Below, in pieces: positions 10,471 to 20,843 of a stretch of 64,000 bases of DNA. Source of the stretch: a virus (Duplodnaviria; Heunggongvirae; Uroviricota; Caudoviricetes; Straboviridae); IMG/VR virus record IMGVR_UViG_638275429_000001, positions 87,740-151,739 of that record; one strand, given 5' to 3'. Numbering within the stretch: position 1 is the stretch's first letter; every line of letters starts with the position of its first letter. The position numbers and the translations under genes are program-made. The notes under the pieces were generated by a model. It saw only the letters and a program-made list of their open reading frames with translations, had not been told where the DNA came from and did no database searches.

Positions 10471-12462
10471 ATGGCACTTCTGAGCCCTGGCATTGAGATG
10501 AAGGAAACTTCAATCAACTCAACTGTCGTTCGGTCAGCCACTGGCCGTGCCGCTATTGTCGGCAAATTCGCATGGGGTCCTGCCTATGAGGTTCGTCAAG
10601 TAACTAATGAAGTTGAACTGGTTGATATGTTCGGTAGCCCGGATAATGTCACAGCACCTTATTTCATGAGCGCTATGAACTTCTTGCAATATGGCAATGA
10701 TCTCCGTTTAGTTCGTGTCATTGACATGGAAAAAGCAAAAAACGCCTCACCACTGGTCAACCAGGTATCTGTTACGATCACCACCGAAGGTCAAGGTTAT
10801 ACTGTCGGCGACGCTATCACCGTCAAGTACAATAACGCGACGATCACCGAAGCTGGTAAAGTAACAGCTGTTGACAGCGATGGCAAAATCAAATCACTGT
10901 TTGTTCCAACTGCTGAGATTATCGCAAAGACTCGTCAACTTGGCACATACCCAACTCTCGGCGACAACTGGCGTATTGATGTTTCTGGTGCTTCCGGTGG
11001 TTCTGCCGCTGCATTAGCCCTTGGAAATATTGTTGTTGACTCCGGCGTTACCTTCGGTAATTCTGAAGATGCCCCGGCTGTGATGACCTCTCCTGCTGTT
11101 ATGGAGAAATACGCTAAATTCGGTATGCCTCTGGTATCCGCTGTTTATCCTGGTGAAATCGGTTCAACTGTTGAAGTTGAAATTGTGTCAAAAACCGCAT
11201 TCAATAGCGGCGCTCAGCAGACGATTTACCCGTTCGGTGGAACCCGTACTAGCAATGCTCGCGGTGTTATCCAATATGGACCGATGACTGATGATCAGTT
11301 TGCTATAATCGTTCGTCGCGATGGAATTGTTGTTGAATCAACAGTGCTGTCTACCCGTAAAGGTGACCGTGACGTGTACGGCAGCAACATCTTCATGGAC
11401 GACTATTTCCGCAATGGCGGTAGCAATTTCATCTTCGCCTCAAGCGAAGGTTGGCCTGCTGGATTCACCGGAATTATCCAGCTTGGCGGCGGCACTTCCG
11501 CTAATGCTGATGTTGGTGCTGATGAGTTGATCAAAGGATGGGACTTGTTCTCTGACCGCGAAGCTCTCCATGTTAACCTGATGATTGCTGGTGCTTGCGG
11601 CTCTGACGGTGCTGAAATTGCTTCAACTGTCCAAAAATACGTTGTTTCATTGGCTGACGACCGCCAAGACTGTGTTGCTATCGTTAACCCTCCAGCAGAG
11701 TTAATGGTTGGAATTCCGACATCAACTGCGGTTAAAAACATCGTTGAATGGCGAAATGGTATGACCGGCTCTGGTGAAGTTGTTGATAACAATATGAATA
11801 TCAGCTCGACTTACGCATTTATCATTGGCAACTATAAATACCAGTACGACAAGTACAACGATATCAATCGTTGGGTACCTCTTGCGGCTGATATCGCAGG
11901 TTTGTGCGCATATACCGACCAGGTAAGTCATCCTTGGATGTCTCCAGCCGGCTACCGCCGTGGCCAGATTCGCAACTGCATCAAATTGGCGATCGAACCG
12001 AAGCAAAGCATGCGAGATACAATGTATCAGGTTGCTATCAACCCAGTTACTGGTTTTGCTGGCGGCGACGGATTTGTTCTTTTCGGCGATAAAATGGCGA
12101 CTCAGGTCCCATCACCGTTCGACCGAATCAACGTTCGTCGTTTGTTTAACATGCTGAAGAAAAACATTGGCGATACTTCCAAGTATGAGTTGTTTGAAAA
12201 CAATGATGCGTTTACTCGTCAGAGCTTCCGCATGGAAACTTCTCAATATTTGGATGGCATTCGTTCACTCGGTGGATGCTACGACTTCCGTGTTGTATGC
12301 GACACAACAAACAACACACCGAACGTAATTGATCGTAATGAGTTTGTCGGAACAATCTATGTCAAGCCGCCCCGTTCAATTAACTACATCACTCTGAACA
12401 TGGTAGCCACCTCAACAGGTGCTAACTTCGACGAACTGATTGGTCCAATGCAATTGGCGTAA
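10471..12462 (+). CDS. gp18: Tail sheath protein
   Basis: MALLSPGIEMKE, GKFAWGPAY and FDRINVRRLF motifs. Confidence 0.98.
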   Translation: MALLSPGIEMKETSINSTVVRSATGRAAIVGKFAWGPAYEVRQVTNEVELVDMFGSPDNVTAPYFMSAMNFLQYGNDLRLVRVIDMEKAKNASPLVNQVSVTITTEGQGYTVGDAITVKYNNATITEAGKVTAVDSDGKIKSLFVPTAEIIAKTRQLGTYPTLGDNWRIDVSGASGGSAAALALGNIVVDSGVTFGNSEDAPAVMTSPAVMEKYAKFGMPLVSAVYPGEIGSTVEVEIVSKTAFNSGAQQTIYPFGGTRTSNARGVIQYGPMTDDQFAIIVRRDGIVVESTVLSTRKGDRDVYGSNIFMDDYFRNGGSNFIFASSEGWPAGFTGIIQLGGGTSANADVGADELIKGWDLFSDREALHVNLMIAGACGSDGAEIASTVQKYVVSLADDRQDCVAIVNPPAELMVGIPTSTAVKNIVEWRNGMTGSGEVVDNNMNISSTYAFIIGNYKYQYDKYNDINRWVPLAADIAGLCAYTDQVSHPWMSPAGYRRGQIRNCIKLAIEPKQSMRDTMYQVAINPVTGFAGGDGFVLFGDKMATQVPSPFDRINVRRLFNMLKKNIGDTSKYELFENNDAFTRQSFRMETSQYLDGIRSLGGCYDFRVVCDTTNNTPNVIDRNEFVGTIYVKPPRSINYITLNMVATSTGANFDELIGPMQLA

Positions 12463-12470
12463 GAATAAGG

Positions 12471-12498
12471 AGCCCATTTCGATGGGCTTCTATAAATA
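12471..12498 (+). promoter_or_regulatory. UUCG hairpin plus late promoter for gene 19
   Basis: agcccat-ttcg-atgggct at 12471-12488, then TATAAATA at 12491-12498. Confidence 0.75.
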
Positions 12499-12515
12499 AA
12501 CATAGAGGTTAACCA

Positions 12516-13004
12516 ATGGACGTTACTGACGTACTCCGCGCTTTTGAGTCCGGCGATTTTGCCCGCCCTAACCTTTTTGAAGTGGAAATCCCATTCTTGG
12601 GGCAGAACTTCAAATTCAAGTGTAAGGCAGGTACCATGCCGGCAGCTACCGTCGAAAAAATTCCGGTAGGCTATATGAATCGTAAATTGAACATTGCGGG
12701 CGATCGCATTTATGACGACTGGACCGTTACAATTTACAACGATTCTGCACACATTACTCGGCAAGCTATTGTCGATTGGAACGCAATGACCCATGGCATG
12801 GGAAACACTATCACTGGTGATATTCCTGAAGCTTACAAAAAGCCTGGAGTTGTTCGCCAAAAAGATCGAAATGGCGAGTCTACTAAAGAATACGCAATTA
12901 TCGGCTTGTTCCCTACAAACGTGGGTGAAGTTACCCTTGACTGGGACGATAACAACACTGTTTCAACGTTCGAAGTAACATTCGCGCTTGACTGGTGGGA
13001 ATAA
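12516..13004 (+). CDS. gp19: Tail tube protein
   Basis: RAFESGDFARPNLFEVEIP, IAGDRIYDDWTVT and FEVTFALDWWE motifs. Confidence 0.98.
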   Translation: MDVTDVLRAFESGDFARPNLFEVEIPFLGQNFKFKCKAGTMPAATVEKIPVGYMNRKLNIAGDRIYDDWTVTIYNDSAHITRQAIVDWNAMTHGMGNTITGDIPEAYKKPGVVRQKDRNGESTKEYAIIGLFPTNVGEVTLDWDDNNTVSTFEVTFALDWWE

Positions 13005-13047
13005 TAAATAAAGGCAGCAGTAATGCTGCCTTACATTTGGAGTTTGT

Positions 13048-14598
13048 ATGAAGTTTTTAGACCTTTTTAAATTTTGGGATCGCGTCGATCAAAATGAATA
13101 CGATGAACGACTCAAATTGGGTCATGAATCGATTGCTACCCCGAAAAAAGATGACGGTGCCACCGAAATAGAGACTCGCGAAGGCGAGGCTACTTATAAT
13201 GCTGTTATGCAACAATTCTTCGGAATTGACAATAACATCTCCGGCACTAAAGATTTGATAAACACTTATCGCCAACTCATCAATAACCCGGAAGTTGAAC
13301 GCGCTGTGGCCAACATTGTGAACGAAGCAATTGTTTACGAGCGTGGCCATAAGGTTGTTTCACTGGACTTGGACGATACCGACTTTGGCTCTAACGTCAA
13401 AGAAAAAATTCTTGAAGAATTCGATGAAGTTTGTCGACTGCTCGACGCGTCCCGTAAATTGGACACACTTTTCCGGCGTTGGTATGTTGACTCTCGGATT
13501 TTCTTCCACAAAATAATGCCAAATCCTAAAAAAGGAATTGCTGAATTACGTCGCCTTGACCCACGTTTCATGGAATATTACCGTGAAATAGTCACTTCCG
13601 ACATCGGCGGAACCACGATTGTTAAAGGATATCGTGAGTTTTTCATCTATACCACTGGCAATGAAGGATATTCATACAACGGTCGGATATTTGAGCCAAA
13701 CACCCGTATAAAAATTCCTCGCTCAGCTGTTGTATACGCTAGCTCCGGTTTGATGGACTGCTCTGACAGAGGAATAATTGGCTATTTGCATAACGCGGTT
13801 AAACCAGCAAACCAATTAAAACTACTTGAAGACGCGATGGTAATTTACCGCATCACTCGCGCACCAGAACGTCGTGTATTCTACATTGACGTCGGTAATA
13901 TGAACAACCGCAAAGCGACCGAATACGTCAACGGCATAATGCAGAGTCTTAAAAACCGTGTTGTGTATGATTCCAACACCGGTACTGTTAAAAACCAAAA
14001 ACGCAATCTGTCGATGACTGAAGACTATTGGTTGATGCGCCGCGACGGTAAATCAGTCACAGAAGTTAGTTCTCTGCCAGGCGCCCAAACAATGGGTGAT
14101 ATGGATGACGTTCGTTGGTTTAATAAGAAGCTCTACGAAGCACTGCGTATCCCATTGTCTCGCATACCTCGTGATGATGGTGGAATGGTTATCGGCGGTC
14201 AGGACACAGCAATTACGCGTGATGAACTTGATTTCCGTAAGTTTGTTGTTCAGTTGCAACATGATTTTGAAGAAATTTTCCTTGACCCGCTCAAGACAAA
14301 CCTCATCTATAAGCGCATTATCACCGAAGATGAGTGGGATGAGCAAATAAATAACATAAAGGTTAATTTCCATCAAGATTCATATTACACTGAACTGAAG
14401 GATATTGAAACGCTTCGTTTGCGCGTCGATGCACTCTCACAGATCGAGCCGTACGTAGGTAAATATGTCTCTCATGATTATGTCATGAAAAACATTCTGC
14501 AGATGACAGAAGAGCAAATTGCTCAAGAAGAAAAGCAGATTGAACAAGAGGCAGGTATTAAACGATTCCAAAACCCTGAAAACGAGGACGATTTTTAA
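13048..14598 (+). CDS. gp20: Portal vertex protein
   Basis: LLEDAMVIYRITRAPERRVFYIDVGN and MTEDYWL motifs. AATAAATA upstream at 13003-13010. Confidence 0.98.
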   Translation: MKFLDLFKFWDRVDQNEYDERLKLGHESIATPKKDDGATEIETREGEATYNAVMQQFFGIDNNISGTKDLINTYRQLINNPEVERAVANIVNEAIVYERGHKVVSLDLDDTDFGSNVKEKILEEFDEVCRLLDASRKLDTLFRRWYVDSRIFFHKIMPNPKKGIAELRRLDPRFMEYYREIVTSDIGGTTIVKGYREFFIYTTGNEGYSYNGRIFEPNTRIKIPRSAVVYASSGLMDCSDRGIIGYLHNAVKPANQLKLLEDAMVIYRITRAPERRVFYIDVGNMNNRKATEYVNGIMQSLKNRVVYDSNTGTVKNQKRNLSMTEDYWLMRRDGKSVTEVSSLPGAQTMGDMDDVRWFNKKLYEALRIPLSRIPRDDGGMVIGGQDTAITRDELDFRKFVVQLQHDFEEIFLDPLKTNLIYKRIITEDEWDEQINNIKVNFHQDSYYTELKDIETLRLRVDALSQIEPYVGKYVSHDYVMKNILQMTEEQIAQEEKQIEQEAGIKRFQNPENEDDF

Positions 14599-14808
14599 AT
14601 GGAAAAATTAATGGAAGCAATCAAGTCTGGCGACTTGGTTGAAGCTAAACGCGAATTTGCTGCCCGGATGGAGATTGTTAAAGAATCCACCCTCAAGCAA
14701 GAAAAAATTGCAATTGCCCGTTCCATCGTTACTGAAGGCGAAGAGCCTAAAGGTAAAGACGGTGAAGACGAGGATGAAGATGAAGACGAGGATGAGGAGG
14801 ACGAATAA
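14599..14808 (+). CDS. gp67: Prohead core protein gp67
   Basis: MEKLMEAIKSGDLVEAKREF with an acidic tail; synteny. Confidence 0.9.
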   Translation: MEKLMEAIKSGDLVEAKREFAARMEIVKESTLKQEKIAIARSIVTEGEEPKGKDGEDEDEDEDEDEEDE

Positions 14809-15231
14809 ATGTTGATTCCATCCGATTACATCGCCGAAGCTGTCAAAATTGAAGCTGTTATGGCCGATGCGACCTTTCGGGTAAATCATCTCGTCGAATC
14901 CGGTTTTGCCACCGATGAAATTGTAGGTGTTATTAGCCGTGTCGCTGCTAGCGAGCCTGACATGGCTATTGCTATGATTTCCGTGGTTGAAAGCACATCA
15001 ATTGATGAAGCTATCGTCAAACACGTTAACTCTCGTGGCGAAATTACTCGAACAAAAGATCGTGCTACCCGTAAGCGTAACGCATTCGCGACAACAGGTT
15101 TAACGGCATCTACTCGCCGTCAGATTGCTCGCCGTGCTGCTAAAACTAAACGTGCTAACCCGTCAATAAGCGTGAAGGCACAACGTAAAACTAAACGTGC
15201 ACTTAAACGCCGGAAGGCTTTGGGGTTATAA
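14809..15231 (+). CDS. gp68: Prohead core protein gp68
   Basis: IVKHVNSRGEITRTKDR..RRQIARRAAKTKRANPS, basic C-terminus. Confidence 0.93.
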   Translation: MLIPSDYIAEAVKIEAVMADATFRVNHLVESGFATDEIVGVISRVAASEPDMAIAMISVVESTSIDEAIVKHVNSRGEITRTKDRATRKRNAFATTGLTASTRRQIARRAAKTKRANPSISVKAQRKTKRALKRRKALGL

Positions 15232-15863
15232 TGGAAGACGAGTTGCTCATAGAAGTCTGGGGACTTCCTGGAGACACTCCTTCTGAACTTGTTGTTGAAT
15301 CTATTGACCAAGGACGTGGTGCCCTCTACATTGAGGGTATTTTCATGCAGTCCAACGTTAAGAATCGGAACGGCCGATTTTATCCCAAAAGCATTTTGGC
15401 TAAAGCCGTCGAAGATTATACACAAACGCAAATCAACACCAAACAATCACTTGGCGAAACCAACCATCCAACGCGCCCAATTCCTGACCCGAACTTAGCT
15501 TCGATCATTGTCGAGAAATTGTGGTGGGAAGGTGATAACGTCATGGGAAGAGCGCGAGTTATTGAAGGTGACTTCGGTCCCGGCGATAAACTCGCTGCTA
15601 ATATCCGTGCTGGTTGGATTCCGGGAGTTTCATCCCGCGGTCTCGGCCAGGTGAAAGGTGGTGTTGTTCAAGAAGGATATCGTTTGACCGTAGCGGTTGA
15701 CGTTGTATGGGGACCTTCTGCTCCTCAGGCTTACGTAAAACCAATACGGGAACAAACCGAGGAAGAAACCGGTAAACCGGCGGATGCTATAAATAATCAC
15801 GTAACCACACTTAATGAAGCATTCAGCCAACTGGCTAAAAATATGGCTTCAATGTTGAACTAA
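15231..15863 (+). CDS. gp21: Prohead protease
   Basis: IEGIFMQS..NRNGRFYP, LGETNHP and GVSSRGLG catalytic motifs. Confidence 0.97.
   Translation: MEDELLIEVWGLPGDTPSELVVESIDQGRGALYIEGIFMQSNVKNRNGRFYPKSILAKAVEDYTQTQINTKQSLGETNHPTRPIPDPNLASIIVEKLWWEGDNVMGRARVIEGDFGPGDKLAANIRAGWIPGVSSRGLGQVKGGVVQEGYRLTVAVDVVWGPSAPQAYVKPIREQTEEETGKPADAINNHVTTLNEAFSQLAKNMASMLN
15788..15795 (+). promoter_or_regulatory. Late promoter for gene 22, inside gene 21
   Basis: Exact TATAAATA. Confidence 0.7.
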
Positions 15864-15872
15864 GGAAAACCT

Positions 15873-16697
15873 ATGTCCCTGAAAGATAAACTGCTGGCTG
15901 AATCCAGCGAAAAACTGGGCGCGGTAGCCGTTGAGCTGGACAGCATTTTCGAATCTGTTCAACTGGATGATTCCGTAAAAGCCAATGTCAGCACCGCTTT
16001 CGAGCAATCTGTACGCTCAGCTGCTATCAAACTGGCCGAATCCCATATCAATGATATGGCAAGCTCTGCAGAAACCCAACTGGCTGAAGCCGTTGAAACT
16101 GCCCGCGTTGCTTCCGAAACCAAACTTTATGAAGATGCTGACAAGTTCCTGACCCATCTGGGTAAAACTTGGTTGGCTGAAAATAAGCAAGCTGTTCAAA
16201 CCAGCATTAAAGCTGAACTGTTTGAATCAATGACCATCGGTCTGAAAGAGCTGTTTATCGAAAATAACATCTCTGTGCCTGATGAGCAAGTAAACGTTGT
16301 TGCCGAACTGAATACCGATCTTGACGAAGCAACTGCCGAAGTTAAATCTCTGTTTGACAAGAACCTGGCTCTGGAAGAGCAAGTCGCTTCCCTACAAAAG
16401 GAAAAGGCCCTCTCTGAAGCTACCATGGACCTGACCATGTCCCAGAAGGAAAAAGTTCTGAACCTGGTTGAAGGCCTGGAATTCGGTGATAAATTCGCCG
16501 GTAAACTGTCTGCGATCGTTGAAATGGTGACTGCCTCCAATCAGAAGACTCAAGAAGAGCTTCAAGAGCAAGCATTAAATATAGATGAATCTGCAGCTGC
16601 TGTTAACTTCGAACCCGAAGCTATCAATGAGCAAAAAGAAAAGCAGGCAAATGATCCCATGGCCGCCTACCTGGCCGCTGCTTCCCGTATGTCTTAA
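15873..16697 (+). CDS. gp22: Prohead core scaffold protein
   Basis: LDSIFESVQL, WLAENKQAV..IKAELFES; synteny between 21 and 23. Confidence 0.95.
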   Translation: MSLKDKLLAESSEKLGAVAVELDSIFESVQLDDSVKANVSTAFEQSVRSAAIKLAESHINDMASSAETQLAEAVETARVASETKLYEDADKFLTHLGKTWLAENKQAVQTSIKAELFESMTIGLKELFIENNISVPDEQVNVVAELNTDLDEATAEVKSLFDKNLALEEQVASLQKEKALSEATMDLTMSQKEKVLNLVEGLEFGDKFAGKLSAIVEMVTASNQKTQEELQEQALNIDESAAAVNFEPEAINEQKEKQANDPMAAYLAAASRMS

Positions 16698-16718
16698 TTT
16701 TTAAAAGGTCAATAAACC

Positions 16719-18308
16719 ATGTCTCTGAAAAACAAAGAAATCCTGAACAAGTGGACCCCGCTGCTGGAAGGCGAAGGCCTGCCGGAAATTGCTGGCAAAA
16801 ACAAGCAAGCGCTGGTCGCCCAAATCCTGGAAGCTCAGGAAAAAGATTCCAAGTCCGATCCGGTATACCGCGATGACAAACTGATCGAAGCTTTTGGTCA
16901 ATCTCTGATGGAAGCCGAAGTTGCTGGCGACCACGGTTACGATCCTACCAACATCGCTGCTGGTCAAAGTTCTGGTGCTATCACCAACATCGGCCCTGCT
17001 GTTATCGGTATGGTACGTCGTGCAATTCCGTCCCTGATCGCTTTCGATATCGCTGGTGTTCAGCCGATGACCGGTCCTACTGGCCAGGTATTCGCACTGC
17101 GTTCTGTATATGGCAAAGATCCTCTGGCCGCTGGTGCTAAGGAAGCTTTCCACCCGATGTATGCACCTGATGCATGGCACTCAAGCCTGGCAACCAAAGG
17201 CGCTACCACCACTACTGATGGTACCCCGTTTGCTAAGCTGACCGCTGGTCAAGCCATTGCTGAAGGCGATATCGTTGGTCACTTCTTCTACGAATCCGGT
17301 ACTGCGTTCCTGCAGAACGTATCTGGTGCTTCTGTTACCGTTGGTACCAACGAGACCGGAGAAGCTCTTGATAAGCTGATCAACGCTGCTATCGGCGAAG
17401 GCAAACTGGCTGAAATCGCTGAAGGTATGGCTACCTCAATCGCCGAACTGCGTCAAGGCTTCAATGGTTCCAATGATAACCCATGGAACGAAATGAGCTT
17501 CCGTATCGACAAGCAAACTGTTGAAGCGAAATCTCGTCAGCTGAAGGCTCAATACTCCATCGAACTGGCTCAAGACCTCCGCGCCGTTCACGGTATGGAT
17601 GCTGACAGTGAACTGAACGGTATCCTGGCTAACGAAGTTATGCTGGAAATCAACCGTGAAGTTATCGACTGGATCAACTACACCGCTCAGGTTGGTAAGT
17701 CTGGCTGGACCAAGACTGATGGCTCTGCTTCTGGTGTGTTCGATTTCCAAGACCCGATCGACGTACGTGGTGCTCGTTGGGCTGGTGAATCCTACAAAGC
17801 TCTGTTGATTCAAATCGACAAAGAAGCGAACGAAATCGCTCGCCAAACTGGCCGTGGTGCTGGCAACTTCATCATTGCTTCCCGTAACGTTGTTTCGGCT
17901 CTGGCTCTGATCGATACCAACATCAGCCCTGCTGCTCAAGGTATGGCTTCCGGTCTGAACGCTGATACTACCAAGGGTGTTTTCGCTGGTATTCTGGGTG
18001 GTCGCTACAAGGTCTATATCGACCAGTACGCTCGTCAAGACTACTTCACCATGGGTTACCGCGGTGCTAACAACCTGGATGCTGGTATCTACTACTGCCC
18101 ATACGTTGCACTGACCCCACTGCGTGGTTCTGATCCGAAGAACTTCCAACCGGTCATGGGCTTCAAGACTCGTTACGCCATCGGTGTTAACCCGTTCGCT
18201 GAATCCCGCACCCAAGCTCCTCAGGGTCGTATTACCTCAGGTATGCCAGGTGTTAACAGCGTAGGTAAGAACGCTTACTTCCGCCGCGTTTGGGTTAAAG
18301 GTCTGTAA
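16719..18308 (+). CDS. gp23: Major capsid protein
   Basis: LMEAEVAGDHGYDPTNIAAGQSSGA, VQPMTGPTGQVFALR and YFRRVWVKGL. Confidence 0.99.
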   Translation: MSLKNKEILNKWTPLLEGEGLPEIAGKNKQALVAQILEAQEKDSKSDPVYRDDKLIEAFGQSLMEAEVAGDHGYDPTNIAAGQSSGAITNIGPAVIGMVRRAIPSLIAFDIAGVQPMTGPTGQVFALRSVYGKDPLAAGAKEAFHPMYAPDAWHSSLATKGATTTTDGTPFAKLTAGQAIAEGDIVGHFFYESGTAFLQNVSGASVTVGTNETGEALDKLINAAIGEGKLAEIAEGMATSIAELRQGFNGSNDNPWNEMSFRIDKQTVEAKSRQLKAQYSIELAQDLRAVHGMDADSELNGILANEVMLEINREVIDWINYTAQVGKSGWTKTDGSASGVFDFQDPIDVRGARWAGESYKALLIQIDKEANEIARQTGRGAGNFIIASRNVVSALALIDTNISPAAQGMASGLNADTTKGVFAGILGGRYKVYIDQYARQDYFTMGYRGANNLDAGIYYCPYVALTPLRGSDPKNFQPVMGFKTRYAIGVNPFAESRTQAPQGRITSGMPGVNSVGKNAYFRRVWVKGL

Positions 18309-18342
18309 TTCAAAAGGACTTGGTTCCAACCAAGGAATGGTA

Positions 18343-18368
18343 AAGGGAGCCTTCGGGCTCCCTTTTTT
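18343..18368 (+). terminator. Rho-independent terminator after gene 23
   Basis: aagggagcc-ttcg-ggctccctt followed by T tract. Confidence 0.9.
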
Positions 18369-18386
18369 GTAACAAGGGGTAAAAAT

Positions 18387-18674
18387 ATGATACTTATTAA
18401 ATCAAGTGCGCCAGTCATTTCCAAAACTTACGAAGCCGCTAATATGAGCGCTATGACATGCCAATTGGTTATTGATGGCGGCGATACTGGCAAAGTTGAA
18501 ATTGACGGCTCATTGGATGGCAAGAGTTGGATAAACATCGCCAAACTCAGCGCTGCACTAAACGCGGATGGTATTGCAACGGACGGTGGTATTGCATCTA
18601 CGTCGTGGAATTTCTATCGCGCAAATTTAACTGAAACTTCTGGTTTGGCCACCGTGATTGTTTCCATATCGTAA
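18387..18674 (+). CDS. Hypothetical beta-rich 95-aa protein
   Basis: SD-like AAGGGG upstream; GSLDGKSW motif; co-oriented with the head genes. Confidence 0.7.
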   Translation: MILIKSSAPVISKTYEAANMSAMTCQLVIDGGDTGKVEIDGSLDGKSWINIAKLSAALNADGIATDGGIASTSWNFYRANLTETSGLATVIVSIS

Positions 18675-18684
18675 GAGGCAAACC

Positions 18685-19551
18685 ATGATACTTAACCCTA
18701 AAGCAGTATTAAATAATACCAGTAGTGGCTCGAGCGGCGTTAGTAGTTTTAATGGGCGGATTGGGCCAGTCGACCCAGAATCGGGTGATTACACTGCCGA
18801 TATGGTAAACGCTATCGAAAAAGCTCCAACAGATTCGCAACGAAGGGTTCTCATTGGAACTACACCAACTGTTGAAGAATTGATCGACCCTATCACCGTC
18901 GTTGACAATTTAACTTCCGATTCATCTACTTCAGCACTATCTGCCAAACAAGGTAAATTATTGCAAGATGGAAAGCAACCAACTATAACAGGGGCTGCTT
19001 CGACTATAGCATCAGTAGATTTGACGCCGGTACGTATCGCGGCTACTGATTCAAATGGCAAAATGACAACAAGTCTTGTATCCGTATCTGATCTCGATTT
19101 AATAAAAGATCGCACAACCCGGGTAAAATCAGAACTTGAGTGGACCGGTTTAAATATCGATGTGACAGGCACCGCTCTAAATTTAGTAGGTGCTTTGAAA
19201 GCGATAACACCAGTATACGGCAGTTGGGCTCCTATGTTTGACATAATCAACGACAAAATGGTGGCGGCTAAGAATGATGACCGAACTCTATTATACAAGA
19301 TAGCCATCACTGGCACTTTTGACAATACAAGTTCGACTAACGCTCTCACACTCACAACTACAATAGGTTCTAACATAGATGTATCTTCCGCCGTGCGATT
19401 GCCAAACCAAAATCCGCAGAATATTAATTACATTTCTTTAATAAGTGTTGACAAAAACGGAAATTTCGCCACTAACGGTGCATCTTTAACACTTAGGTCA
19501 ACGACATCCGATTTTACAATCACTCGGGTTCGTTTAATCGCTGAACAATAA
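18685..19551 (+). CDS. Fibre-like / decoration-like putative virion protein (288 aa)
   Basis: GAGG SD before ATG 18685. VSSFNGRIGPV and VDNLTSDSSTSALSAKQGKLL are fibre-type motifs; Ser/Thr-rich. Confidence 0.65.
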   Translation: MILNPKAVLNNTSSGSSGVSSFNGRIGPVDPESGDYTADMVNAIEKAPTDSQRRVLIGTTPTVEELIDPITVVDNLTSDSSTSALSAKQGKLLQDGKQPTITGAASTIASVDLTPVRIAATDSNGKMTTSLVSVSDLDLIKDRTTRVKSELEWTGLNIDVTGTALNLVGALKAITPVYGSWAPMFDIINDKMVAAKNDDRTLLYKIAITGTFDNTSSTNALTLTTTIGSNIDVSSAVRLPNQNPQNINYISLISVDKNGNFATNGASLTLRSTTSDFTITRVRLIAEQ

Positions 19552-19562
19552 GAGAGAAATAT

Positions 19563-20795
19563 ATGAGCAGAATCACCGATCTGATTAATGAATCAACTAC
19601 AACTGCGGCGAATAGTCAGAGCCGGCCTGCTCTGGCAGGACTCACTCGCGCGGTCAACAATTTAATTTTTACTGAAATGGTGGCTATTCAAGAAACGAAT
19701 ATGCCGTCGTCAACCTTATACGGTGTAAAATACCTCAACCCGGCTGGTAACCAATCGTTTGCCAGTGCAGCAACATATATGGGCGACGTCGGTTACCGTG
19801 ACGGCATACCATTAGCCGTGCTCAACTCTCCAATGACTGAAGGCTTTGTCTTTAAAGACTCCTTGGATGTGGTGTACACAGTTATAAAACCATTGACATT
19901 AATGTCGGCCACCAGCGATGTTAATGACGCAATCAATGATGCCGTGCTGCTCGGCGACATTCGGATAAAGTCTGAAGCGGCTTTAGCTGAAAAATTTGAA
20001 GGTGCAGAATCATTTGTCGAAACTGACTTCCAATTTGACCGATGGACCGTTCCAGTACGCAGCCGAAAACTCAAAACAAATATATCTGTTGAGCTTTTAC
20101 AAGATTTGGAAGCAAATAAACTAGATGCAGTCGGCATTATTGATGATGTTCTGTCAACAATGATTTCAGAAGATATCAACAAGGATATCATTCAGTCAAT
20201 GGTAACAGTTTCGCGTCGATACAAGGTTGAAGGTATTTCGCCAAATGGTATCATTGACTTGACGTCGTCAATCGATGCTCCAATAATCGGTAGAACTCTT
20301 TACCAACAAGCATGCGAAATGAAAAACCAGATGCTTAGAAATACGTCATACGAAGCAACCTATGTTCTTTGTACAACACGGGTATCAGCAATGCTTGAAG
20401 CATCTGGCTGGATGGAAGCGAACGACGATCCACTATCTGCCGGAACTCTTAAGAATGGACTATTGGTTTTTGTTGACACTGTGTCTTCATTTGACTATCT
20501 GATCACCGGATGTAAGCACAATGTCAATGATATAGAACATGTTGGTTCTTTGTTCTATTCTCCTTTCATTGAGGCTGATGACCTGGGCGCCTATAAGATA
20601 ATCAATGACCCAAGTTCACTGCAGCCGGCTGTTGGTATTCTCATTCGTTATGGTTTGTCTGTCAACCCATACACTACAAGTATTGGCCGAAATGGTGATC
20701 GAGATGTAGTCGGTGATGACTGGAGCAAACTAGCAGGCGAATCTGATATGTCATATTTGCTGGGCGTTAAGTTGCCTAAAATTATGCCGGTTTAA
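19563..20795 (+). CDS. gp24: Capsid vertex protein
   Basis: LINESTTTAANSQSRPAL, SRKLKTNISVELLQDLEAN and RYGLSVNPY match T4 gp24. Confidence 0.95.
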   Translation: MSRITDLINESTTTAANSQSRPALAGLTRAVNNLIFTEMVAIQETNMPSSTLYGVKYLNPAGNQSFASAATYMGDVGYRDGIPLAVLNSPMTEGFVFKDSLDVVYTVIKPLTLMSATSDVNDAINDAVLLGDIRIKSEAALAEKFEGAESFVETDFQFDRWTVPVRSRKLKTNISVELLQDLEANKLDAVGIIDDVLSTMISEDINKDIIQSMVTVSRRYKVEGISPNGIIDLTSSIDAPIIGRTLYQQACEMKNQMLRNTSYEATYVLCTTRVSAMLEASGWMEANDDPLSAGTLKNGLLVFVDTVSSFDYLITGCKHNVNDIEHVGSLFYSPFIEADDLGAYKIINDPSSLQPAVGILIRYGLSVNPYTTSIGRNGDRDVVGDDWSKLAGESDMSYLLGVKLPKIMPV

Positions 20796-20807
20796 TCCAA
20801 ATACAAC

Positions 20808-20838
20808 AAAGCCCCGACAATGTCGGGGCTTTTCTTTT
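20808..20838. terminator. Bidirectional terminator between gene 24 and the convergent early block
   Basis: aaagccccgac-aat-gtcggggcttt with A tract on the left and T tract on the right. Confidence 0.85.
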
Positions 20839-20843
20839 ATCTG

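Noticed and set aside
14761-14805. GARGAY-type tandem repeat
   Set aside because: It encodes the acidic tail of gp67, normal for this protein.
17436-18215. 259-aa minus-strand ORF opposite gene 23
   Set aside because: Antisense shadow of a strongly codon-biased gene; no SD or promoter and no recognisable motifs.
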